Below, piece after piece: positions 9,488-18,085 of a stretch of 64,000 nt of DNA. Origin of the DNA: Muribaculaceae bacterium (GTDB lineage: Bacteria > Bacteroidota > Bacteroidia > Bacteroidales > Muribaculaceae); assembly GCA_022508985.1 (NCBI GenBank), contig JAFLUA010000010.1, forward strand, positions 7,476 to 71,475, in the 5' to 3' direction. The position numbers and the translations under genes were made by a program. Every line of letters begins with the position of its first letter. Position 1 is the first letter of the stretch. Below the pieces are notes generated by a model. That model did no database searches and was not told the origin of the DNA. It worked only from the letters and a program-made list of their open reading frames with translations.

Positions 9488-11303
9488 TTCCTTCTATAAG
9501 CGACACATATACGTCGCCGGTATACGGATCAACATCGATTCCATTCACTTCGCTTACGCCCAAAGGTAGCGTTGCATAAACGCCACTGCCATCAGCCTTA
9601 GATATCGTTACTACACCTCTACGCGAACCGGCGTATATAAAACCATCTTTTTCAACGATAATACAAGGAGCGTGCTCATAGCCGAGACCGAGGTCTACAA
9701 TCCACAACTCTTTGAATTCCTGTGATGTCGCGTCGATTGCTACCAACTCTCCGTCCATAGTTTTGGCGTAAATACGCGTGTTGTCTTCACTATGGCCCAA
9801 GCTCTCGCGATATTTGTGCGAATTATCGCGCCATATCTGTCGGCCTGTTGCGCGGTCGATCGCTGTCATATATCTATCAGGAGCTACAACAAACACCTTA
9901 TCTTTAGTAATTACGGGTACAACATTGCCGGGACCAAGCATATTTGCTTTTTTGCCATTATTCCACACCCATTTTAATTTCCCAGTATTTAAGTCGAGAC
10001 AACGGAGATTAGTATCCCAGGCTCCAAATATGAGGTCACGGCCATCAATAGCAGGTGCCGCTTGACAGTAATTGAAAATAGAATCGTAGCTCCACACGAG
10101 TTTTGCGTCTGATGCACGACGGCGCTCAATGCGTTTGTAGGCGCCTTGTATATAGGCTTTTCCGTCGGGAGCCAATGTGCCGTCGGCTACATACGGGCCT
10201 TCTTTGGTGGCGTGTTTAGCTCTTAGGCGGCCCGTTTTTGCGTCAAATACAAGAATACCATCATGCATTGGCACGGCAACACGACCCGAGGCGAGTACTA
10301 CAGGACGGCTAAACAATGACGCTCCCGTCGAAACGCTCCACTGCAGACTGTTGTCTTTCTTGGTTACAGCACGGGCCTGGCCAAGAGAATTGCCAAAATA
10401 GACATTATTGACGTCGAATCCCAAACGCGTGAAAACTGAAGCACTGTCGGCCCACACCTTTGATACTTCAAATCCTTCGGGCGACACTATTTCAGGACGT
10501 TGAGCAAACTGCGCCTTCTTATGTGTAGTCTTTGCCGGGAATGCATATTTTGCCTCGCGCTTTTTACCAAGTTCTTTGTTGTAGACATGAACCCATTCAT
10601 TATCTATCTCAACTTCGGAGTATCCATAGGTCTTGTTGAGGTCGAGAGCGCGAACCATCACACAAGGCAAGTCGGAACCACTACCCTCACCGCCGGCATT
10701 ATATTTGCGCCAGCTATGATAGTGTCCATTTATATGCGCTATTACTGGATAATTCTCTAATACAGCCATATAATCGGCACAATTGTCGAGGTCGTCAAGC
10801 AACGGATAATGATTTACAGAAAGTACACGCTTACCGGGTGTTACAAGGCTATCGAGTGTCGAACGGAGCCAATGCAAATCTTCTTGCTTGACGTGTCCGT
10901 CGCCCATTTTCATATATGGGCCACAATTAATACCTATTATTATCAACGAATCGAGCTCGGTAACAAATCTGTCGTTGCCCCACAGATCGACAAAAGTCTT
11001 GGTAGCACTTTGGCTCCAAGTATCTTCGTGATTACCAGGCAATACGCTTATTGGCAACGCGATACCATCGAGGATTGATTTTACATTGTTTAGCTCTACA
11101 TCCGAGCCCTCATTACCCAAGTCGCCGGATACAATTACATAGTCATAATTACCGGCATTTATTTCGTCGACTGCTCGACGCAACTGCGTTTCGTTGGCAT
11201 TACCCGGCGTGACATGCAGGTCGCTAAGCACCGCTATGCGTTGCGCCGATGCTACCGAGGCAAGACCTATAACGCTTGCAAGAATGAATTGACGTGTTGT
11301 CAT
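9462..11303 (-). CDS. Secreted metallophosphoesterase fused to a PQQ-like beta-propeller repeat domain
   Basis: Signal peptide; calcineurin-like motifs (VLSDLHV, SGDLGNEG, GNHE, NGHYH) in the N-terminal half; repeated ..G..W.. beta-propeller-like blades in the C-terminal half. Confidence 0.75.
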   Translation of the reverse strand: MTTRQFILASVIGLASVASAQRIAVLSDLHVTPGNANETQLRRAVDEINAGNYDYVIVSGDLGNEGSDVELNNVKSILDGIALPISVLPGNHEDTWSQSATKTFVDLWGNDRFVTELDSLIIIGINCGPYMKMGDGHVKQEDLHWLRSTLDSLVTPGKRVLSVNHYPLLDDLDNCADYMAVLENYPVIAHINGHYHSWRKYNAGGEGSGSDLPCVMVRALDLNKTYGYSEVEIDNEWVHVYNKELGKKREAKYAFPAKTTHKKAQFAQRPEIVSPEGFEVSKVWADSASVFTRLGFDVNNVYFGNSLGQARAVTKKDNSLQWSVSTGASLFSRPVVLASGRVAVPMHDGILVFDAKTGRLRAKHATKEGPYVADGTLAPDGKAYIQGAYKRIERRRASDAKLVWSYDSIFNYCQAAPAIDGRDLIFGAWDTNLRCLDLNTGKLKWVWNNGKKANMLGPGNVVPVITKDKVFVVAPDRYMTAIDRATGRQIWRDNSHKYRESLGHSEDNTRIYAKTMDGELVAIDATSQEFKELWIVDLGLGYEHAPCIIVEKDGFIYAGSRRGVVTISKADGSGVYATLPLGVSEVNGIDVDPYTGDVYVSLIEGTIYKIARQ

Positions 11304-11340
11304 ATAAATAATTGGTTTACTTAAAATTGAATATTCCTAT

Positions 11341-12120
11341 TTAGAGCTCTACTTGATTAAGCGACTCAAAAGTATAGCCTTTAGATTTGAGATGCTGTAT
11401 TATCTCTCCTAAGCGATCATATAAGCAATCGATGCGATCGGGCTGAGGTCCGGGATGAATTAGAAGCAATGCACCATTAAGTCCATTTGCTTCCTCAAAG
11501 TCGTACAACATGTCAATCAAAACTTGCGACGACTTATAATTGCGCTCCTTGGGGCTCATATAGTCGGCCGGCGTGACGGTGCCTGGCGTGTAATTAACAA
11601 CATGATATCCAAGGTTCTCTGTAATATCAACACTTTCGCGGTTATAATACTCATACGGAGGCAAGAACCATTTGCTATTCTCTTTCGAAACGCCAAAGCG
11701 CTCAAGCTCTTGGATATTTCTTACTATATCTTGTTCGATTTCCTCTTTTGTAACAATCAAAGAATCGCGTCGCTCCCACGTTGCATACAATATATGCCCG
11801 TCGGAATGACCGCCCACATAGTGACCACCATCTATGATATTGCGAATCAATTGCTCATGTTCTTTAAGGCGCAGGCAGTTACCAGTCAAGAAAAACGAAC
11901 CTTTCACGTTTTCTTCCTTCAATATTCGGAGAATAGTCTCCCCGCCTTGAAACAATGAGTCGGCCGAAAAAATTAAAAATATTTTTTTCTCCGACGGATT
12001 AATTCTAACCACAGCGCCATGGGCATCCCTGTCTAAAACTAAACTCTCAGCAACCGAAGATTTCGGTGCACAAGCCACCATCACAAATAGTAACGCAGCA
12101 ATAAATGTATTCTTAATCAT
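11341..12120 (-). CDS. Polysaccharide deacetylase family protein (NodB homology domain)
   Basis: Signal peptide/lipobox and NodB-like motifs (FSADS, GGHSDGH, LLIHPG). Confidence 0.8.
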   Translation of the reverse strand: MIKNTFIAALLFVMVACAPKSSVAESLVLDRDAHGAVVRINPSEKKIFLIFSADSLFQGGETILRILKEENVKGSFFLTGNCLRLKEHEQLIRNIIDGGHYVGGHSDGHILYATWERRDSLIVTKEEIEQDIVRNIQELERFGVSKENSKWFLPPYEYYNRESVDITENLGYHVVNYTPGTVTPADYMSPKERNYKSSQVLIDMLYDFEEANGLNGALLLIHPGPQPDRIDCLYDRLGEIIQHLKSKGYTFESLNQVEL

Positions 12121-12344
12121 ATATTACAATCTTCGACGCACAACATTATGCATCGGTTTTCCAAGCAAATATAATCATTATTTATCATTACACCAAATTT
12201 GATAACTCGGTTATTCTTTCCCTACTTTCGAGTCCTACACGGTCCTGCCATCGTTGTAATGATACTTTGATGATGATCCGAAACTTGCTAAGCAGATATG
12301 AGGCCTCTTTACCAGAGTGGCCGGTAAAATCACTGCAATGACGT

Positions 12345-15300
12345 TTATTCAATTTGTAATTTTTCTGAACTATCTGATAAAATATTCTCTAATGTATTCT
12401 TTACAACCGTTTCTATCTTATTCAATAGTACTTGAAATGATTCTCCTTGTTCAAAAACCTTGGCTGACATATTACTTCGATAATCAGAAATCTTTATTTG
12501 AGAATCATCTGGCATTTTGTCGGCATCCATAATGTTACTCATCATCTTCTTAAGCTTTTCACCTATATCCATTTTAACTTTTGTTGAAGAAATAATAATG
12601 CTCTCTGGTAATTCTTTCAGGTTCTGATTCTTGTATTCTCTTAAATCGACACAACATAAAGCATAATTGTCTGGATGAAGAACTGCGGTCCTAACTTGGT
12701 GCATACTCATGTGTGCAGGTTCGGTAAAGTCCCATTTGCTTTTTACTTCCACATGGAAAACATCATCCCATTGCCCATTTTTATTAACACGAACTACGAT
12801 ATCTTGTCCGTTTTGCATATCTTCTGCAAATGCATGACCATCTTCTATTGCCGGATTTATTATGTTTACAAGTTCTGAACCTATATTTTCTCGTAGCACA
12901 TCTTCTATATGCTTGCCGATGGTATAAAGATGGTTAAATCGTGCCAAATTTTCTTCTTCCAATTTTTGCTGATGTTCCATTTTGTTGAGCATCTGTTCTA
13001 TATCTCCCAATTCGCTCAATTTAGCAAGTCTTTCCAAATTATCATCTTCTAAATCCATCAATGAGAAGAGGCTTTCTTGGGCGGTTCCACTTTTCATACT
13101 AAAAGTATAAGTCGCCTTTTTCTCATTAATCTGTCCGAACCAGTTTTCCCAATCCTTTGACTTCCCAATTCTTAATATAATTTCACGAACTATTTTTGAA
13201 AACTTTCTCTCGTTACTATCTTGTTTCATATCTGCCACAAGACTTGTCTCGATTTTATTTGCAATATCTAAAGGAGTGTCTTCTGTTAAAGTAACAAGAT
13301 TCGTAAAGCCTGTATCAACCCAGTCCTCATGAAGATCTTTACGAAACAATGCTATATATATATCAGCCATCTCCTCTGGCACTCCATTATTTTTATGAAG
13401 TTCATTTTTAACACACAGCTCACCTAATTGATTGGGGATTACTCCATAATCATCAAGTTTTTTTAACCGCTCTTCGTTTTTGCTTGAAGTATATTCTTCT
13501 AAAAACTTTTTTAACCAGTTCTTGTTCTCTTTAACCCAATCTTTTGGTTGGACACTAATTTGGTAAAGCGTGTAATCGAGCAGGAAATTGAAAGCTGTTT
13601 TGTAAAACTCCTCTTCGTCATCTCGTAATTTTACGATATTAACTTTTTTAAATCCTTTACCATAGAAGTCCACAAGAATCGGCATCATGCGTCCACGTTG
13701 ATTTTGATTGATAAAATCCGTTTGTGATGATGCAGAACAAAATTTTATCAAAGCATCAATTTGTGATTGAGTTAAATCCTTTTTCGATGCTAATGAAGAA
13801 TTTCTCCATGTTGAAATGGTTGCTGAGATTGCCTTGTATAAATCATCTTGTGTATACTCTCCTACCTCACAAACATCAAGAAACGTGCTGTCATAAATTT
13901 TATCCACATCGTCACCCATTACAACATTGACAAGTTCATACACTTCTTCTGTCATAAAGTTGCCATGCAACAAATTCCTTTTTAAACGTAATTCTCCTTT
14001 TCGGTTAGGCAATAGTGCATGATTTGTCATCATTCCTTCATTTCCACTATCTTTCAGAAACATTAGGAATGTGTGTAGATCCTCAGACTTTGTTTTTATG
14101 GCATTGCAGACATCGTCAACCGAAATGAAGAATTCTGTATCACGGTTACACCTCCACCTATCTACTGTTTCCGACCAAGATATCAGACTCTCTGATGGCA
14201 TAAGATACGATTCTCCATCCACTTTCTTAGGAAAAGAAGCATATTTTGCCAATATTTCCTCATAAGCGTTCCTTTTCTCTTCGTCTAAATTTTTATAAAA
14301 ATCTGGATGCAGCAGCTTTACAGAACTATCGGATATGCTTTTATAGGCATCATCAATGGGAATAACTTTCCAATTAGGAATATTAATAATCCACATTTCT
14401 TGCATGCTTTTATAAAACCGCATGGTCTCTTCATCTTCACTTGTTGTAGGAAAAGATACTTCACACATCTTGTTACCTAATAAATGGGCATTTTCGTCTT
14501 TTTCATAATAAGACATCAAAACTGTAGTCATCTCTTTTAGTATTTCTTCATTCATCCTGCCTTTTTCTTTACGCACAGCAGCACTACCGGGAAGTATAAT
14601 ATTATTGCGAGTTTCAACTGGATGAAAGCGCCTTGAGTGAAATATAAAATTCACACCGAATTTTTCTGTCCCTAAAAGAGGAAATGATAAAAACAAACTT
14701 GGAATGTCTTTTACGTCTCCACATTCTTTTGGAAATGGAGGAATGATAATAATGTCTCCCTTATCAGATTTTAAACTTTTACAATTGTAAGATGTAGAGT
14801 TTTTACTATTACAATCTTTCATGGACACATTCTCTTCCCAAACCTTCCAGCCGTCATAATCTAAATCGGACGATTGACCTTCGGCATCTTTTTCTATTAC
14901 ATAATGTAGTTGAGTCTTATCATTGCGAATCTCAACTTTTTTTATCTCCTCGTTGATAATCAAAACAAAAGGTATCAATCTGATAACGCTTGCCAGCTGG
15001 TCTGAAACATTATTCACTTGTTCTGGAGTAAGGTCGTAACGAAATGATGTTTTATCATCGCCGATATGTTTGCGTAATTCTTCCTTGCATAAAGATTTTA
15101 CTTGGTCTAATTGTTCTTTCATTATTTTCGGTCCTTCAGGAGAATCGACCTTTGTACGATCAAGTTTAAAATCTTTTACTTGCACATAACCACTAATCTC
15201 ACCGCCACTCCTTTTAACCGAATATGGAGCGCTAACATATACCATACGGTTAAAAGCATGGGTCGTCATAAATCCTGTACCATATTGTCCAACAAGATTT

Positions 15301-15602
15301 GCATTAGCTCTATCTTTTGAACTATCTTGTTTTACAAGCGCACGAAATGAAGTATAATCAAACTCTTTTCCGCAATGGGTAAAAATGAGACTGTTATTTG
15401 TAAGTTCTATCGTAATCTGAGCCTGATTATCTTTGCACATATCACGAGCATTTTGAACAAGTTCCCATATTGCTCGTTCACCACTCTTTTCGTCAAGATT
15501 TTCTAACCCTTGACGTATTTTGTTGCAATAGCCTTCATATTCCAAACGTTCATCTTCATCCTTTTGCCACTGCTCTTCTGGTGTTAATTCTAATTCAATC
15601 AT
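12345..15602 (-). CDS. GHKL (sacsin/MORC-like) ATPase with a C-terminal DUF3883 / restriction-endonuclease-like domain, ~1085 aa
   Basis: The listed ORF start at 15632 is a TTG; the first ATG is at 15600-15602 (MIELELTPEE..). Motifs are ERAIWELVQNARDM, NLVGQYGTGFMTTHAF, FPLLGTEKFGVNFIFHSRRF, and C-terminal NGQDIVVRVN...FHVEVKSKWDF. Confidence 0.75.
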   Translation of the reverse strand: MIELELTPEEQWQKDEDERLEYEGYCNKIRQGLENLDEKSGERAIWELVQNARDMCKDNQAQITIELTNNSLIFTHCGKEFDYTSFRALVKQDSSKDRANANLVGQYGTGFMTTHAFNRMVYVSAPYSVKRSGGEISGYVQVKDFKLDRTKVDSPEGPKIMKEQLDQVKSLCKEELRKHIGDDKTSFRYDLTPEQVNNVSDQLASVIRLIPFVLIINEEIKKVEIRNDKTQLHYVIEKDAEGQSSDLDYDGWKVWEENVSMKDCNSKNSTSYNCKSLKSDKGDIIIIPPFPKECGDVKDIPSLFLSFPLLGTEKFGVNFIFHSRRFHPVETRNNIILPGSAAVRKEKGRMNEEILKEMTTVLMSYYEKDENAHLLGNKMCEVSFPTTSEDEETMRFYKSMQEMWIINIPNWKVIPIDDAYKSISDSSVKLLHPDFYKNLDEEKRNAYEEILAKYASFPKKVDGESYLMPSESLISWSETVDRWRCNRDTEFFISVDDVCNAIKTKSEDLHTFLMFLKDSGNEGMMTNHALLPNRKGELRLKRNLLHGNFMTEEVYELVNVVMGDDVDKIYDSTFLDVCEVGEYTQDDLYKAISATISTWRNSSLASKKDLTQSQIDALIKFCSASSQTDFINQNQRGRMMPILVDFYGKGFKKVNIVKLRDDEEEFYKTAFNFLLDYTLYQISVQPKDWVKENKNWLKKFLEEYTSSKNEERLKKLDDYGVIPNQLGELCVKNELHKNNGVPEEMADIYIALFRKDLHEDWVDTGFTNLVTLTEDTPLDIANKIETSLVADMKQDSNERKFSKIVREIILRIGKSKDWENWFGQINEKKATYTFSMKSGTAQESLFSLMDLEDDNLERLAKLSELGDIEQMLNKMEHQQKLEEENLARFNHLYTIGKHIEDVLRENIGSELVNIINPAIEDGHAFAEDMQNGQDIVVRVNKNGQWDDVFHVEVKSKWDFTEPAHMSMHQVRTAVLHPDNYALCCVDLREYKNQNLKELPESIIISSTKVKMDIGEKLKKMMSNIMDADKMPDDSQIKISDYRSNMSAKVFEQGESFQVLLNKIETVVKNTLENILSDSSEKLQIE

Positions 15603-16057
15603 AACGATTTCATTTTTATATTTTACAAACAATGTTGACTATCACTAAATTTAATGGACAGATTTGAGTGTGAATAACTAATGAGTTTATAGTTTTTTTC
15701 GCCTAAATCAGGTTTATTTTTCGTTTAAAACTTCACGAAACAGGTTTAAGCCGTTATTTTATTCCTAATTTAGTTGTCATCTCCCTGACAACGCAAATTT
15801 ATAAATTATATTTTGTATTTTTTGTATGTCCGTCATATCACCGGATATTTCATTTCATATTTGACAACTGCCAAGCCACAGTTGACCCTATCTCAACAAT
15901 CCGACTTTGCCAGTTGAGTTAGCCCTTCTTCTAATTTATATTAAATTATATTTTAGCATTATTTTTGTATATTTGCATATAATTTTTAAGTTACCTTAGT
16001 AACATAAAATACAGAGAAGTAGTAACAAATAAAATTAAAAAATTATTTTTCATAAAA

Positions 16058-16519
16058 ATGGAAAAGATGATATACTACAAAACCAAAATAGATGGATGGT
16101 TTTGGATTTTAATCTTTGTAATAACATTCACCCTTCTTATGGTTTGCTCTATTTCTGAAGATGGATGGTCTTGGCCGGGAATAGTGGTAATCTGCGTGTT
16201 TCTCTTAATTGTTTTGCTATTGATATGGATAATTATCACAGTTAAATATGCTATTAGAGGAGCCGAATTAGGGGTAAGAAACTTAGCCTATAAATGGGAA
16301 TGGTTTCCTATAAAAAAAATTGAATCTATTAAGCCGGTAAAGAGCGTGCTTGCCGGAGCTGCTTTGTCCTTCAATAGGCTTTCCATAAAATTTACCGACC
16401 ATAAGGTGTTATTGAGTACAATGCCTTTGGAGATTGCTCCTAAAGACCAAAATAAATTTATAAATGATCTCAAATCTGTTAATCCTCAGATTAAAGTATT
16501 AAACCTCAATAATAATTAA
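16058..16519 (+). CDS. Membrane protein with a bacterial PH-like (bPH) domain
   Basis: Two N-terminal TM helices followed by an ~80-aa domain resembling YdbS/YdbT-type bPH. A TATATTTG box lies about 80 nt upstream. Confidence 0.55.
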   Translation: MEKMIYYKTKIDGWFWILIFVITFTLLMVCSISEDGWSWPGIVVICVFLLIVLLLIWIIITVKYAIRGAELGVRNLAYKWEWFPIKKIESIKPVKSVLAGAALSFNRLSIKFTDHKVLLSTMPLEIAPKDQNKFINDLKSVNPQIKVLNLNNN

Positions 16520-16604
16520 TTATTGTTAATCAAATAATAACTGCTTGATTGTACTATTGCCTCTAAAAGTATTCACCAAGGACGACGGAAATAGTCTCCT
16601 TTTC

Positions 16605-16634
16605 AAAAGCGGCTCGAATTTCGGGTCGCTTTTG
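16605..16634. terminator. Hairpin AAAAGCGGCTCGAA-TT-TCGGGTCGCTTTT between the 16058 and 16836 genes
   Basis: Imperfect GC-containing stem flanked by an A-run and a T-run (bidirectional-terminator shape). Confidence 0.4.
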
Positions 16635-16835
16635 CTGTCTTGTAGATTAATCATGCACACTATGTTAAATATAATTGTTATATTTACACACAGAATAGAT
16701 ATGAATAATCTCTTCTAATAATCAATATATTCTCCTTTCAAGTGAAAGCTGAAGAAGTATCATATCAACCGCAAGTTGTTTTAAGACACCGTCTATGAAG
16801 AATTTGAATTCTAATCACGTTATAATCTATAAGTT

Positions 16836-17528
16836 ATGGACGAAAAGAAAATAAAAGTGCTGGTGGTAAACGGTTCTCCGCGACCTAACCGCAACACGGG
16901 CAAAGCGTTAAGAGCTGCAATGGAAGGAGCCAAAGAAAACGGCGCTGATGTTGAACCCGTCAATCTCTACACTATCAAGGCTTTGAAAGGCTGCTACAGC
17001 TGCTTTCAATGTCAACGCAAGGATTTTGACAAAACCAATCCCGTGTGCAGCATGAAAGACGAGGCTTGGCCATGGCTCGAAAAGGCTCGCGAGGCTGATG
17101 TCGTGATTTTCGGTTCACCGGTTTATTTCAGTTATCCTACAGGTCTGCTCCGCGCATTCATCGAACGTTTTCTTTTTCCGAAATATTCCTATGACTCAAA
17201 TGTCAATCTCGTTAATCCTAAAAATACGGCCTGTATATTCACTATGAATTGCCCTCGTGAGTATATGGAAAGCATCAATTACCCCATTTTGTTGGGCAAT
17301 ACTGCCGATGGACTGAAGCACGTTTACGGTTTTGGAGAGGCTCTTTACATCTGCAACACCTATCAGTTTGACGACTACTCTCAAATGCAGTTCGACATGT
17401 TCAGTGAGGAAGAAAAACGAGCCTACCGCGACACGCACTTCCGAGAAGACCTCGACCGCGCTAAAGAATTAGGGCGTAGATTGGTGGAAGACGCTAAAAA
17501 ACGAGTGAATCTATTAATTAATTTTTAG
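16836..17528 (+). CDS. Flavodoxin-like / NADPH-dependent FMN reductase family protein (iron-sulfur flavoprotein-like)
   Basis: VLVVNGSPRPNRNTGK N-terminus, Cys cluster CYSCFQCQ, FGSPVYF motif. Confidence 0.75.
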   Translation: MDEKKIKVLVVNGSPRPNRNTGKALRAAMEGAKENGADVEPVNLYTIKALKGCYSCFQCQRKDFDKTNPVCSMKDEAWPWLEKAREADVVIFGSPVYFSYPTGLLRAFIERFLFPKYSYDSNVNLVNPKNTACIFTMNCPREYMESINYPILLGNTADGLKHVYGFGEALYICNTYQFDDYSQMQFDMFSEEEKRAYRDTHFREDLDRAKELGRRLVEDAKKRVNLLINF

Positions 17529-18054
17529 GCTTATGATGTGCCGCATCCCAACGGTCTGCTGCATTGATGATTTTCCAAAGTTGACTTTTCCCGGCCTTTG
17601 CTCTATCCTTTTTAGCTTCTTCGTTCTCGGACCAGTTCCCCATGTGCCAACGAATTGCAAGCCTTTCGTCTTCAGTAAGATTAAATCCCAAGTCCTCAAT
17701 TATCCTTACAGATCGATAACCATGACCTGGTGTCTTAACTTTTTTAGTCTTTATGTTCCCATTTTCATCAAAATAGAATTGCCTTGTTTTGCAAATATCA
17801 TGTAACAAGGCCGATATAATGATACGATCTTGTGGGATTTCATCATTACTCTTTTCGATTGCCTTTTTTAATACACCCAAGCTATGTTGAGCCAAGCCGC
17901 CACGCCAATTATGATGCCGATTTTTTGAAGATGGTACCTCAAAAAAATTATTTTCCTTCATGTACTCGATAATCTTATCTACCCCTTCTCGGTGAGTAGA
18001 TTTCAAATATTTAATGATTATCGCTTTGTTATATAAATTTTTGAGATACACCAT
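17518..18054 (-). CDS. HD-domain phosphohydrolase
   Basis: HHNWRGGLAQHSL, LLHDICK, PGHGYRS and AADRWDA motifs. The 3' end overlaps the convergent flavoprotein gene by 11 nt. Confidence 0.75.
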   Translation of the reverse strand: MVYLKNLYNKAIIIKYLKSTHREGVDKIIEYMKENNFFEVPSSKNRHHNWRGGLAQHSLGVLKKAIEKSNDEIPQDRIIISALLHDICKTRQFYFDENGNIKTKKVKTPGHGYRSVRIIEDLGFNLTEDERLAIRWHMGNWSENEEAKKDRAKAGKSQLWKIINAADRWDAAHHKPKN

Positions 18055-18085
18055 TAATCGACAACTGCCTCAACAGCCCACTTCT

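Noticed and set aside
12215-12250. tRNA-like fragment (..TTTCGAGTCC..CCTGCCA) as a possible att repeat at the left island edge.
   Set aside because: The flanking pentamers are direct rather than complementary, so there is no T-arm. There is also no similarity to the tRNA-Ser(GGA) 3' end.
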